In this document: positions 9,138-17,600 of the stretch, piece after piece
Position numbering within the stretch: position 1 is the first letter of the stretch
How the letters are laid out: every line of letters begins with the position of its first letter
Source: an uncultured Christensenella sp.
Lineage (GTDB): Bacteria > Bacillota > Clostridia > Christensenellales > DTU072
Length of the DNA: 64,000 nucleotides
Assembly (NCBI GenBank): GCA_964418255.1
Contig: CAYQKV010000005.1
Location: 16,956 to 80,955, forward strand
Direction of reading: 5' to 3'
Made by a program: the position numbers and the translations under genes
The notes under the pieces: generated by a model
The model's input: the letters and a program-made list of their open reading frames with translations, nothing else
What the model was told of the DNA's origin: nothing
Databases searched by the model: none

Positions 9138-10571
9138 ATGAATACGGAAACATATGAAAATCCGTTAATTACGCGTTATGCGTCTAAAAAGATGTCCGCG
9201 TTGTTTTCCGAGAGAAAACGTATCGGTCTTTTTCGCCGTCTGTGGCTTGCTCTTGCCGAAAGCGAAAAAGAGCTCGGCTTGCCGATTACCGATAAGCAAC
9301 TCGAAGAAATGCGCTCTCATCTCGACGACATAAATTTCGAAGACGCCGCAGCCAGGGAAAAAATAGTGCGACACGACGTTATGGCGCATATATACGCCTA
9401 CGGTTTACAATGTCCGACCGCCGCGCCTATAATTCATCTCGGCGCAACAAGTTGCTACGTAACCGATAATGCGGATATAGTTATCTACAAAGAAGCGCTC
9501 GAACTTCTACAAGACAAACTTGCCGACGTTATGCGCAAACTTGCCGATTTCGCTGTAAAATACAAAAAAATGCCTACGCTCGGGTTCACACATCTGCAAC
9601 CCGCTCAGCTCGTCACGGTAGGTAAACGCGCGTGCCTATGGCTACAAGACCTCTATCTCGATTATGAGGAATTAACTCATATAATCAAAAATCTTAAACT
9701 CAGAGGAGTTAAGGGAACTACCGGTACGCAGGCAAGTTTTATGGAACTGTTCGACGGTGACGAAGAAAAAGTAAAACTACTCGAAAAAAAGGTCATCGAT
9801 AAAATGGGTTTCAAATCCGCTTTCGACGTTTCGGGACAGACATATACCCGCAAAGCAGATTACGCCATTCTTTCGACTCTCGGTATGCTTGCGCAAAGCG
9901 CATACAAATTCAGCAACGACGTACGTATACTTCAACATCTCAAAGAAATCGAAGAACCGTTTGAAAAAAATCAGATAGGCAGTTCGGCAATGGCATATAA
10001 GCGCAACCCGATGAGAAGCGAAAGAATAAGTTCTTTGGCGAGATACTTAATCACTCTTCCGACGAACACGGCGATAACCGCGTCTACGCAGTGGTTTGAA
10101 AGAACACTCGACGACTCGGCAAACAGACGAATAGTAATGGCGCAGGCATTCCTTACCGCGGACGCAATTCTCGAATTATACTACAACGTGGTAAACGGGT
10201 TGGTTGTTTATCCGAAAGTGATTAAAAAACACGTTATGGAAGAACTGCCGTTTATGGCGACGGAGAATATTCTTATGGAATGTGTAAAATGCGGCGGTAA
10301 CCGTCAGGAATTACACGAAAGAATAAGAATTCATTCGATGGAAGCAGCTAAACGCGTAAAAATGCTCGGTAAATCGAACGATTTGATAAGCAGAATAAAA
10401 CAAGACCCTGCTTTTGATAAAATATCGGACAAAATCGACGATATTATCAATCCGGTTAATTTTATCGGCAGAGCGCCGTCGCAAGTTACCGAATTTGTAA
10501 AGAAACTTCGCCCGATACTTAAATCGGACAAAGATAAACAAGATAAAATCGAAAATAACATTACCGTCTGA
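9138..10571 (+). CDS. purB: Adenylosuccinate lyase
   Basis: It has the fumarate-lyase signature GSSAMAYKRNPM and full-length family-like sequence. Confidence 0.95.
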   Translation: MNTETYENPLITRYASKKMSALFSERKRIGLFRRLWLALAESEKELGLPITDKQLEEMRSHLDDINFEDAAAREKIVRHDVMAHIYAYGLQCPTAAPIIHLGATSCYVTDNADIVIYKEALELLQDKLADVMRKLADFAVKYKKMPTLGFTHLQPAQLVTVGKRACLWLQDLYLDYEELTHIIKNLKLRGVKGTTGTQASFMELFDGDEEKVKLLEKKVIDKMGFKSAFDVSGQTYTRKADYAILSTLGMLAQSAYKFSNDVRILQHLKEIEEPFEKNQIGSSAMAYKRNPMRSERISSLARYLITLPTNTAITASTQWFERTLDDSANRRIVMAQAFLTADAILELYYNVVNGLVVYPKVIKKHVMEELPFMATENILMECVKCGGNRQELHERIRIHSMEAAKRVKMLGKSNDLISRIKQDPAFDKISDKIDDIINPVNFIGRAPSQVTEFVKKLRPILKSDKDKQDKIENNITV

Positions 10572-10584
10572 AAACCTGACAAAG

Positions 10585-10620
10585 AAAAACCCGTCGCAAG
10601 CATAACTTACAACGGGTTTT
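10585..10620. terminator. Hairpin shared by convergent purB and tRNA-Trp (bidirectional terminator candidate)
   Basis: The stem AAACCCGT...ACGGGTTT has a T-run on the + strand and TTTTTCTTT on the - strand. Confidence 0.6.
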
Positions 10621-10694
10621 GGCAGGGGAGACGCGATTCGAACACGCAACCAGCGGTTTTGGAGACCGCTGCTCTACCATTGAGCCACTCCCCT
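10620..10694 (-). tRNA. trnW: tRNA-Trp (anticodon CCA), 75 nt with encoded CCA end
   Basis: I folded the cloverleaf by hand. The acceptor stem is AGGGGAG/CTCCCCT, the D arm is GCTC-AATGGTA-GAGC, the anticodon arm is GCGGT-CTCCAAA-ACCGC, and the T loop is TTCGAAT. Confidence 0.9.
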
Positions 10695-10776
10695 AAGAGA
10701 AACGGTAATATTATAACCTAAAATATAAGTTTAGTCAAGAAAAAATATGAGAATTGAACCAACGGAGGGAATAAAA

Positions 10777-11577
10777 GTGAAATTCAAACTCGGAATAATA
10801 GGCGCAGGGGTTATGGGACAAGCTATATTGAAAAGTATAGCGGAGAAAAAACTGCTTGCACCGTCAAATATATCGGTTTTCGACCTTTCGAAAGAGAAAA
10901 CCGAAACATTAAAAGAAAACGGATTTTCCGTTTGTTCATCGGAGAAAGAACTCGTTGCCGAATCGGAATACATATTGATTGCCGTTAAACCGCAACACTT
11001 CGACTCGCTTGCGGAAGAAATAAAGTTGAGCGAGAAAAACACGGTTATCAGTATAATGGCAGGTATTAAAACGAGCACTTTAAGCGCAAAATTAGGAAAA
11101 ACCATAGGAATTGCCAGAGTAATGCCTAATACGCCTTGTCAGATAGGAAAAGGGGTTTGCGCGGTTGTTTATAAAAATCTCAACGAAGAAAAACAGTCTT
11201 TCGTAAAACAACTTCTGAGTTGTTGCGGAGAAGTCGTAGAGGTAGAAGAACAATACTTTGACGCGGTTACTAGCGTAAGCGGCAGCGGACCCGCTTACGT
11301 ATATATGTTTATAGACGGAATGATTAAAGGCGGAATCGACGGCGGACTAAGCTATGAACAGAGCAAAAAACTTGCCGTAAACACCGTTATCGGCGCAGCT
11401 TTACTGTCTTTATCAAGCGATGAACTTCCGGAAATCCTTACGGAAAAAGTATGCAGTAAGGGCGGCACCACCATCGAAGCGGTAAAAGTTTATCGGGAAA
11501 AAGGACTGGAAACGCTTATACGCGAAGGAATTTCCGCGTGCAGAAAAAGAAGCGAGGAAATGAGTAAAAGCATATGA
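10777..11577 (+). CDS. proC: Pyrroline-5-carboxylate reductase
   Basis: It has GIIGAGVMGQA (NADP-binding) and SGSGPAY. A GTG at 10777 is preceded by GGAGGGA; an alternative ATG at 10747 lacks an SD. Confidence 0.9.
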   Translation: MKFKLGIIGAGVMGQAILKSIAEKKLLAPSNISVFDLSKEKTETLKENGFSVCSSEKELVAESEYILIAVKPQHFDSLAEEIKLSEKNTVISIMAGIKTSTLSAKLGKTIGIARVMPNTPCQIGKGVCAVVYKNLNEEKQSFVKQLLSCCGEVVEVEEQYFDAVTSVSGSGPAYVYMFIDGMIKGGIDGGLSYEQSKKLAVNTVIGAALLSLSSDELPEILTEKVCSKGGTTIEAVKVYREKGLETLIREGISACRKRSEEMSKSI

Positions 11578-12029
11578 AACACGTTGATATTTATACCGAC
11601 GGAGCTTGCAGCGGGAATCCGGGTCCCGGAGGTTGGGCGGCTATCTTGATTTACAAGGGAGTAGAGAAAACCGTTTCGGGCGGCTATCCGTCAACCACAA
11701 ACAACCGTATGGAATTGTTTGCGATTATAAACGCATTACTACAATTAAAAGAACCTTGCGACGTAACCGTATACAGCGACAGCGCGTATTCGCTTGAACC
11801 GTTTTTCAAAGGCTGGATAACAAAATGGAAAGATTCCAACTGGAAAACGCTTTCGGGAGACCCTGTAAAAAACGTAGATTTATGGAAAGCTCTTCTCATA
11901 GAATTAAATAAGCATAAAGTAAACTTTGTCAAAGTCAAAGGGCATAGCGACAACGAATACAATAATCGTTGCGACGAAATGGCAAGAGCGGAAATTCAAT
12001 CGGTAAAAAAAGATGACGGCGGAGACTAA
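11574..12029 (+). CDS. rnhA: Ribonuclease HI
   Basis: It has IYTDGACSGNPGPGGWA, NNRMEL and GHSDNEYNNRCDEMA (the DEDD catalytic set). Confidence 0.93.
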   Translation: MKHVDIYTDGACSGNPGPGGWAAILIYKGVEKTVSGGYPSTTNNRMELFAIINALLQLKEPCDVTVYSDSAYSLEPFFKGWITKWKDSNWKTLSGDPVKNVDLWKALLIELNKHKVNFVKVKGHSDNEYNNRCDEMARAEIQSVKKDDGGD

Positions 12030-13266
12030 AAATAATTTTCCGATTAAAAAAATTTCGGGCGCGGTTATCGGTATAGCTGCTTATGCGCTCACCGCCGCTC
12101 TTTGTCGCAAATTTTTCCCGTTGTACGTCGAAATACCTGTTTGGTGCGTTCTCGCCGCATTATGCGTTTGTTTTTCGATAGGAATTGCAAAAAACAAGAG
12201 CGGTTTGTATAAAATCAGTATACTTATAGTGTATTTTGCCGTAATTATTATGGCGATTTTTGCGATAATCACCGCTACGGGAGTACTTCAAAATATTCTC
12301 GAAGCGAAAGACGGCAAAGAATTATACGAGACGCTGAACGAACAATACGGAAAAAATCTTTATATTATTCTGATAGTATTCCAGTTTTTGCAAGTAACGT
12401 TTATACCCATTGCTTCTTCCATCGTAACCGCGGCAGGCTACTATTTATGCGGACAAAATATTCCGCTTACGATTTTATTTTGCTGTATAGGTTTATGGGC
12501 AGGTTCGCTGTTCGCGTTTTTTCTCGGAAGAACATTCGGCGTCAGACTGGTACGTTGGGTAGCGGGGGAGAAAGTTCTGCTTAAATATCACCAGTTCGTC
12601 AAAGGCAAGGACAAAGTTATGCTCGGATATATGTTCGTTTTTCCAGTATATCCCGACGACGTGCTGTGTCTTATCGCAGGACTTACAGCTATGAGCTGGC
12701 GAGAATTCATTTTCTTACAACTGATTTCACGCCCGATAAACGTTGCCGCAACTGTTCTTATGTTATATCTCGGAACAAGTCTTACTAAAATTTTTCCGCT
12801 TAACTCGTTCGTCGGGATAGTCTTTTGGGTAGTCATAGCCGCTTTATTCGTACTTTCTTTCATTCTCGTATGGAAAAAAGCCGACAAATTAGAGCGCTTT
12901 ATGACAAAACTTATTTCAAAAATCACGGGCAGACCGATTTTAAGCGACATCAACACCATATATAAAATAAACGTTACTTCAAAACAAATCGCCGAAGAAC
13001 AAGCGGTTGCGGCGAGCATAACAGAGGAGCCGCAGAGCGAAACAGTATATGAAACAATCGAGGTTTTCAACGATAAAAGCGCCGAAATTACGGACTCGAC
13101 AGGGGAAAACGCAATCCTTGCGTCCGATGCGGAACAAACGGAAGAACCTCATATCGACGTAGAAGCGCTTAAAAAAGCCGAAGAAGAACGCGAAAAACGA
13201 AAACTTGAAGAGACGAAAGATATTATAAATTCGGCATTAAAACAGGATATCACTATTAAATTCTGA
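12013..13266 (+). CDS. TVP38/TMEM64 (DedA/SNARE-associated) family membrane protein with an acidic C-terminal tail
   Basis: It is multi-TM with family-like segments FIPIASSIVTAAGYY, FFLGRTFG and PDDVLCLIAGLT. Residues from about 300 to 417 are low-complexity and rich in E/K. Confidence 0.8.
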   Translation: MTAETKNNFPIKKISGAVIGIAAYALTAALCRKFFPLYVEIPVWCVLAALCVCFSIGIAKNKSGLYKISILIVYFAVIIMAIFAIITATGVLQNILEAKDGKELYETLNEQYGKNLYIILIVFQFLQVTFIPIASSIVTAAGYYLCGQNIPLTILFCCIGLWAGSLFAFFLGRTFGVRLVRWVAGEKVLLKYHQFVKGKDKVMLGYMFVFPVYPDDVLCLIAGLTAMSWREFIFLQLISRPINVAATVLMLYLGTSLTKIFPLNSFVGIVFWVVIAALFVLSFILVWKKADKLERFMTKLISKITGRPILSDINTIYKINVTSKQIAEEQAVAASITEEPQSETVYETIEVFNDKSAEITDSTGENAILASDAEQTEEPHIDVEALKKAEEEREKRKLEETKDIINSALKQDITIKF

Positions 13267-13269
13267 AAG

Positions 13270-13301
13270 AAATCCCGTTGCAATGATTTGCAACGGGATT
13301 T
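13270..13301. terminator. Bidirectional terminator hairpin at the convergence point
   Basis: A perfect 14-bp stem (AAATCCCGTTGCAA-TGAT-TTGCAACGGGATTT) has T-rich flanks on both strands. Confidence 0.75.
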
Positions 13302-13334
13302 CAATATCCATATATGAAATTTCTTTACAAAGGT

Positions 13335-14750
13335 TTATTTCTGAAAATAATTTTCCGATTTATATAATACTGTAAAAATCAATCCCATAAAAACCGACGT
13401 AGAAGCGATGATTACAGGCGAATAAATTTCCGGCGACTGCAATCCTTTTCCGCCCGGCACAAGAAGTGCAACAATCAAATCAAGCATAAAGAACAGTGTA
13501 AAAAATCCTATCGTCGCGGCGTTTATCGCTTTAAGATTTACCTTGTCTTTTCGTCTTTTGTCCGGATTTCTGAACCATACCAAAGCAACGCACAGGGCCA
13601 ACGCCAACGCGATACTTCCGCATACAATCAAAGCCGTAAGAGAAAAACCGAATGTATTCCTCAAAAAATAGAGTAAAAGGAGAGTAATTATCATATAAAG
13701 CGCGCTGAGAGCAACTACGTCTCTGAATAAACGATTTACATAAACATACTTTACCGTTTGCACGGATTCTTTTTCCGCTTTATATGTATTAAGCGCAAAT
13801 CCTTCGCTGCGCAGGCTGTTGCGGAATTTCTCGATATTACTTTCTTCCGCCGCTTTAATATTCATTTTAACGGGTTTAGCCTCGGCAATCTGCTCGCTAA
13901 AAGAGTCAACAGACGAAGTTTTTACGGTATTTTTCGAAGCAGCGGATTTTGTCGGCTGCGTAGATTTACTTTTAGCCGGGGCCGTTTGTCTGTTTTTAGA
14001 CGATTTTGAGCTATTACCGTTTATAACAGGAGCAGTGATTTTTTCAAAAACGGCTTTGTAATCCGTACTTGTTTTTTTACTGCGAGTCTGGGTAGAACCG
14101 TTAGAGGCAGGTTTAGCGGGAACAGGGTTGAAAACAGGAGAGGAGATTTCGACGTTTTTCGCAGAAACAGTCATAGTTTCACTCTGCGAATAATCGTTCG
14201 CGGCAGTCGGCTCGATTGCGGTTTCGGTATCTTCAGCGACATAACCCGCGGCGGCAACTTCGTCGACGGGGTCATCAGCTGACGCGCCGTCGTCGTGCGC
14301 GTCCTGCCTTGTACGCTTTGTAAGAGGCTTCAAATCGCCCGCATAATAAGGCGCCTCCTCGTTATCAAGGTCAAAATCTTCGTCCGTAAGGAGATTATCA
14401 AGCAAAGTCCTCAGATACTTATATTCTTCCTTGTTGTCGTCAAGATATTTTTTTCCTTCGGGCGTGAGTGTATAATATACTCTTGCCGCGCCGTTGGTCT
14501 CTCCGTCGCCTGCGGACGAATAAACGAGATTCTGCTCTTCGAGACGTTTGAGAGTGTTATAAACCGTTGAATACGTCTTTATTTTATAATGACCCTTCGT
14601 CCTGTTCTGAATATAGTTAATGACGTCATAGCCATAACTCGCTCCATCCTTGTCCTCAAGCGCGTTTAACACAAAAATATCGAAACGCGAGCGGAACATT
14701 TTTTTATTTTCCGATTCGGCAATTTTTTTTCTGCTTTCGATTTCTTCCAT
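13335..14750 (-). CDS. PadR-family wHTH regulator fused to a long disordered linker and a C-terminal multi-TM domain
   Basis: The N-terminus (ASYGYDVINYIQNRTKGHYKIKTYSTVYNTLKRLEEQNLVYS...ARVYYTLTPEGKKYL) is PadR-like. About 200 aa of S/K/T/A-rich linker follow. The C-terminus has about 4 hydrophobic helices. Confidence 0.8.
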   Translation of the reverse strand: MEEIESRKKIAESENKKMFRSRFDIFVLNALEDKDGASYGYDVINYIQNRTKGHYKIKTYSTVYNTLKRLEEQNLVYSSAGDGETNGAARVYYTLTPEGKKYLDDNKEEYKYLRTLLDNLLTDEDFDLDNEEAPYYAGDLKPLTKRTRQDAHDDGASADDPVDEVAAAGYVAEDTETAIEPTAANDYSQSETMTVSAKNVEISSPVFNPVPAKPASNGSTQTRSKKTSTDYKAVFEKITAPVINGNSSKSSKNRQTAPAKSKSTQPTKSAASKNTVKTSSVDSFSEQIAEAKPVKMNIKAAEESNIEKFRNSLRSEGFALNTYKAEKESVQTVKYVYVNRLFRDVVALSALYMIITLLLLYFLRNTFGFSLTALIVCGSIALALALCVALVWFRNPDKRRKDKVNLKAINAATIGFFTLFFMLDLIVALLVPGGKGLQSPEIYSPVIIASTSVFMGLIFTVLYKSENYFQK

Positions 14751-14785
14751 TTCAAAAGATTCTCCGAAAAAATATTTATAGGGAA

Positions 14786-14814
14786 ATTATAACCGTATAA
14801 ATATAATTTGTCAA
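14786..14814 (-). promoter_or_regulatory. Consensus SigA promoter for the PadR-like gene
   Basis: On the - strand, TTGACA (14814-14809), an exact 17-nt spacer, then TATAAT (14791-14786). A GGAGAA SD lies before the ATG at 14750. Confidence 0.65.
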
Positions 14815-14905
14815 CAAAAGATTTATGAATAATAATGATTTTTAATACTCTTTAATGTAGAAATTAGAATACTTATGTCGTAAAATAGGGGATAATGCGA
14901 TTATT

Positions 14906-14921
14906 ATGCGAAATTTCGCAT
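14906..14921. repeat. Perfect 16-bp palindrome ATGCGAAATTTCGCAT abutting the recombinase stop codon, with an extra direct half-site AATGCGA at 14894-14900
   Basis: Read directly from the sequence. Its function is unknown. Confidence 0.9.
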
Positions 14922-16004
14922 TTATTCTTCGGTTGAAGAATTTTTACGAAAATTCACTTTATCCGCCGCAGATTTTTTTATATCTTCGCTGATTGCCGCA
15001 TAGTGTTTTTTAGTAGTATTTATATCTTTATGTCCGAGAACTTCGGCGACAACGTAAATATCGTTTGTTTGCCTATACAACGCGGTACCGTAAGTGCTTC
15101 TCAATTTATGCGGAGAAATTTTTTTGAGCGGCGTTACTATCTGCGCATACTTTTTTACCATTATTTCAACGGCGCGCACTGTAATTCTTTTATTTTGAAG
15201 CGAGAGAAACAACGCGTCGACTTCTTCCGCCGAAATTTTCTTTTTTTCAAGCTGCGCTTTTCTTACAGGTAAATACGCGTTTATCGCGTCGATTATTTCA
15301 TCGTTAAGATAGAGGATTGACTCTTTTTCACCTTTTCTCGTCACTATAAAACTTTTATTTGCAAAGTTTATATCGTCCAGATTCAGTCCGACGCATTCGC
15401 TTACACGAATTCCCGTACCGAGGAGCAGGGTAATTATCGCATTATCGCGTACTTTAGTATTATTATTGTTATATGCGTTTTGTTGCTCGCTGATAAACGT
15501 AGATTCCGTATCCAAAAGTTCGAAAACTTCCTGAACTTCATCGTTTTCCAATCTGATTATTTCTTTTTCCCTAAGTTTGGGCATAGCGACTTTTGTAGTT
15601 ACGTTTTCGCCGATAAGTTCGTGCGTATAAAGATATTTGAAAAGACTGCGAACCGCGCTAAGTTTTCTGGCTTTAGCTTTATCCGAATTCTTCACAAAGT
15701 CGCCGTTTACGGTATAATAACCGCCTATATAATCAACAAAACGCTCAATATCTTTGCCTTTAACCGTATTCAAGTCCGATAGGGTAATATCTCTAACATT
15801 CATTCCGTCAAAAATAGCACCGTCTGAAACAAGATAATTAAAAAAAACAATTAAATCAGTACCGTAATTAAATCTCGTTAGGACAGTTGTAACCGAGGAA
15901 ATCCCGATAAAAAAATCTTCGCAAAACGCAGGCAAAGAGGGAATTATCTCCGTGCGCAATTTATTTAGATATTTTTTATCTCGTTCATATACGTATTTTT
16001 CCAT
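14922..16004 (-). CDS. Tyrosine site-specific recombinase, Xer family (long, XerS-like architecture)
   Basis: The C-terminal catalytic region has ...GIRVSE... (Arg), HKLRSTYGT and LGHKDINTTKKHY (His/Arg/His/Tyr set). The N-terminal SAM-like domain is long. The ATG at 16004 (MEKYVYERDKKYL) is preferred over the GTG at 16127. Neither start has a clear SD. Confidence 0.85.
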   Translation of the reverse strand: MEKYVYERDKKYLNKLRTEIIPSLPAFCEDFFIGISSVTTVLTRFNYGTDLIVFFNYLVSDGAIFDGMNVRDITLSDLNTVKGKDIERFVDYIGGYYTVNGDFVKNSDKAKARKLSAVRSLFKYLYTHELIGENVTTKVAMPKLREKEIIRLENDEVQEVFELLDTESTFISEQQNAYNNNNTKVRDNAIITLLLGTGIRVSECVGLNLDDINFANKSFIVTRKGEKESILYLNDEIIDAINAYLPVRKAQLEKKKISAEEVDALFLSLQNKRITVRAVEIMVKKYAQIVTPLKKISPHKLRSTYGTALYRQTNDIYVVAEVLGHKDINTTKKHYAAISEDIKKSAADKVNFRKNSSTEE

Positions 16005-16250
16005 AGATTTAATTCTAACACAAACCCAAAATAAAGTCCACACGATGCGATTGAAAAAGCAAATTGTGTAAATAAGGCGACCGACAGTAGACTTTATAAG
16101 TCGCGTATGAAAAAAAGTTTTATCCACAAATCATATAATAGGGAAGAAAGACAGAAGCCACAAGGGAATCAACCAACAAAAATCACGCAAAATAGAAAGC
16201 AAAAAGTCGACAAGACAGGAAGAGAATAAGAAAAATTTTAACTTCTATAT

Positions 16251-16280
16251 CTTTTCGCAAAATACAGCTTTTGCGAAAAG
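16251..16280. repeat. Perfect 12-6-12 inverted repeat CTTTTCGCAAAA-TACAGC-TTTTGCGAAAAG
   Basis: Read directly from the sequence. No U-tract follows on either strand. It is either a candidate recombinase core site or a non-canonical terminator. Confidence 0.9.
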
Positions 16281-16361
16281 AAATGGTTAAGGGGAGAGGG
16301 TATTATTGTAAATTAACGTTTGAATTATAATTTCATTGTTAAATCTTTGCTTATTTGTTAC

Positions 16362-17600
16362 TTAATTCTGCGCGTTAAAATACTTTACGATTTCCATTAT
16401 CGCCAACTTGCAATGTTCGTAAGTCAGCCCGCCTTGCATATAGGCAACAAACGGTTCGCGAACCGCGCCGTCTGCGGATAATTCCAACGACGCGCCTTGT
16501 ACGAACGCGCCGGCAGCCATAACAACCTGATGGTCGTATCCCGGCATATCCCACGGCAACGGCGTGACATAACTGTCGACCGGAGAGGCTTTCTGTATTT
16601 CTCCGCAGAACGCAACGAGCTGTTCCGCGCTGTCAAACTTTATGCTTTCGATAATATCATACGGCATATTCCCGGGTTTCGGCATAGTCTCAAAACCGAA
16701 TCCCTGCAAAGCGTAACCGGCAAGCACGCTTCCTTTCAACGCGTTCCTTACCGCAGACGGCGCAAGAAACAGTCCTTGGTAATACGGTAAATAACCCGAT
16801 AAGCAAGACCCGACTTCCATTCCGAGCAAAGGCGCGGTAAGCCTGTATGCTATTGAACGAATATATTCTTTCTTTCCGCAGACGTACCCCCCGGTAGGCG
16901 CAATACCGCCGCCGGGATTTTTTATAAGCGACCCGACGATAACGTCCGCGCCGACTTCGGTAGGTTCTTTCTTCTGGACGAATTCGCCATAGCAGTTATC
17001 TACTACAAAAATAGCCGTAGGGCACATCGCCTTTATTTTCGCTATCGCGTCCCCTATTTTTTCCACGCTGAGCGCGTCTCTCCACGCATAACCTTTACTT
17101 CTTTGCAGGAAAACTACTTTCGGCTTATGTTTATCGATAGCGTTTTTTACCGCTTCAAAATCGATTTCACCGTCTTCCGTCAACTCCGTTTTAGCAAAAC
17201 TTACTCCGAAATCGCGCAACGACCCGTTGCCTTTTCCGCTTATAACCTCGTCAAGCGTATCATAGGGCTTTCCAGTTACGCTCAAAATGCCGTCGTCGGG
17301 ACGAAGCAACCCGAAAAGCGCAATAGTAAGCGCGTGCGTTCCGTTTGCAATCAGCGGAGAAACCACCGCGTCTTCCGCGCCCATAACAGATGCAAATAAT
17401 TTGCAAAGAGTTTCTCTCCCGACGTCGTCGTATCCGTACCCGGTCGACGGGTTGAAATGCACTGCGGCAACGCGGTTTTCTCTGAACGCGTCAAGCACTT
17501 TTTTCTGATTAAATAGCGCTATATCATCAAGCGCGGCAAACTCTTTCTCCGCGGCTTTTTCGCATTTAAGTATATATTCGTCAATATTATTTATAAACAT
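16362..17600 (-). CDS. Methionine gamma-lyase family / aluminium-resistance (YnbB-like) PLP protein
   Basis: It resembles the YnbB family over its full length (STGYGYDDVGRE..., GSLIKNPGGGIAPTGGY). Its position after miaA matches Bacillus-type synteny. Confidence 0.85.
   Translation of the reverse strand: MFINNIDEYILKCEKAAEKEFAALDDIALFNQKKVLDAFRENRVAAVHFNPSTGYGYDDVGRETLCKLFASVMGAEDAVVSPLIANGTHALTIALFGLLRPDDGILSVTGKPYDTLDEVISGKGNGSLRDFGVSFAKTELTEDGEIDFEAVKNAIDKHKPKVVFLQRSKGYAWRDALSVEKIGDAIAKIKAMCPTAIFVVDNCYGEFVQKKEPTEVGADVIVGSLIKNPGGGIAPTGGYVCGKKEYIRSIAYRLTAPLLGMEVGSCLSGYLPYYQGLFLAPSAVRNALKGSVLAGYALQGFGFETMPKPGNMPYDIIESIKFDSAEQLVAFCGEIQKASPVDSYVTPLPWDMPGYDHQVVMAAGAFVQGASLELSADGAVREPFVAYMQGGLTYEHCKLAIMEIVKYFNAQN

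Noticed and set aside
10620-10694. tRNA-Trp as an integration hotspot.
   Set aside because: The flanking genes are purB and proC. I could see no integrase, direct repeat of the tRNA 3' end, or foreign genes.
14840-14885. A Firmicute dif-like sequence (TAGAATA...TTATGT...TAAAAT) in the PadR/recombinase spacer.
   Set aside because: It resembles my recollection of B. subtilis dif only in short blocks, and the arm spacing is wrong by about 3 nt. That is not convincing.
14922-16127. The tyrosine recombinase as the integrase of a prophage, ICE or other mobile element.
   Set aside because: There are no phage, conjugation or cargo genes on either side and no adjacent tRNA. The neighbours are conserved housekeeping genes, and the architecture is Xer-like.
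16107-16229. A 40-codon + strand ORF (MKKSFIHKSYNREERQKPQGNQPTKITQNRKQKVDKTGRE) in the purine-rich spacer.
   Set aside because: It has no SD, it is antisense to the recombinase leader, and its composition simply mirrors the purine tract. It cannot be supported as a gene from sequence alone.
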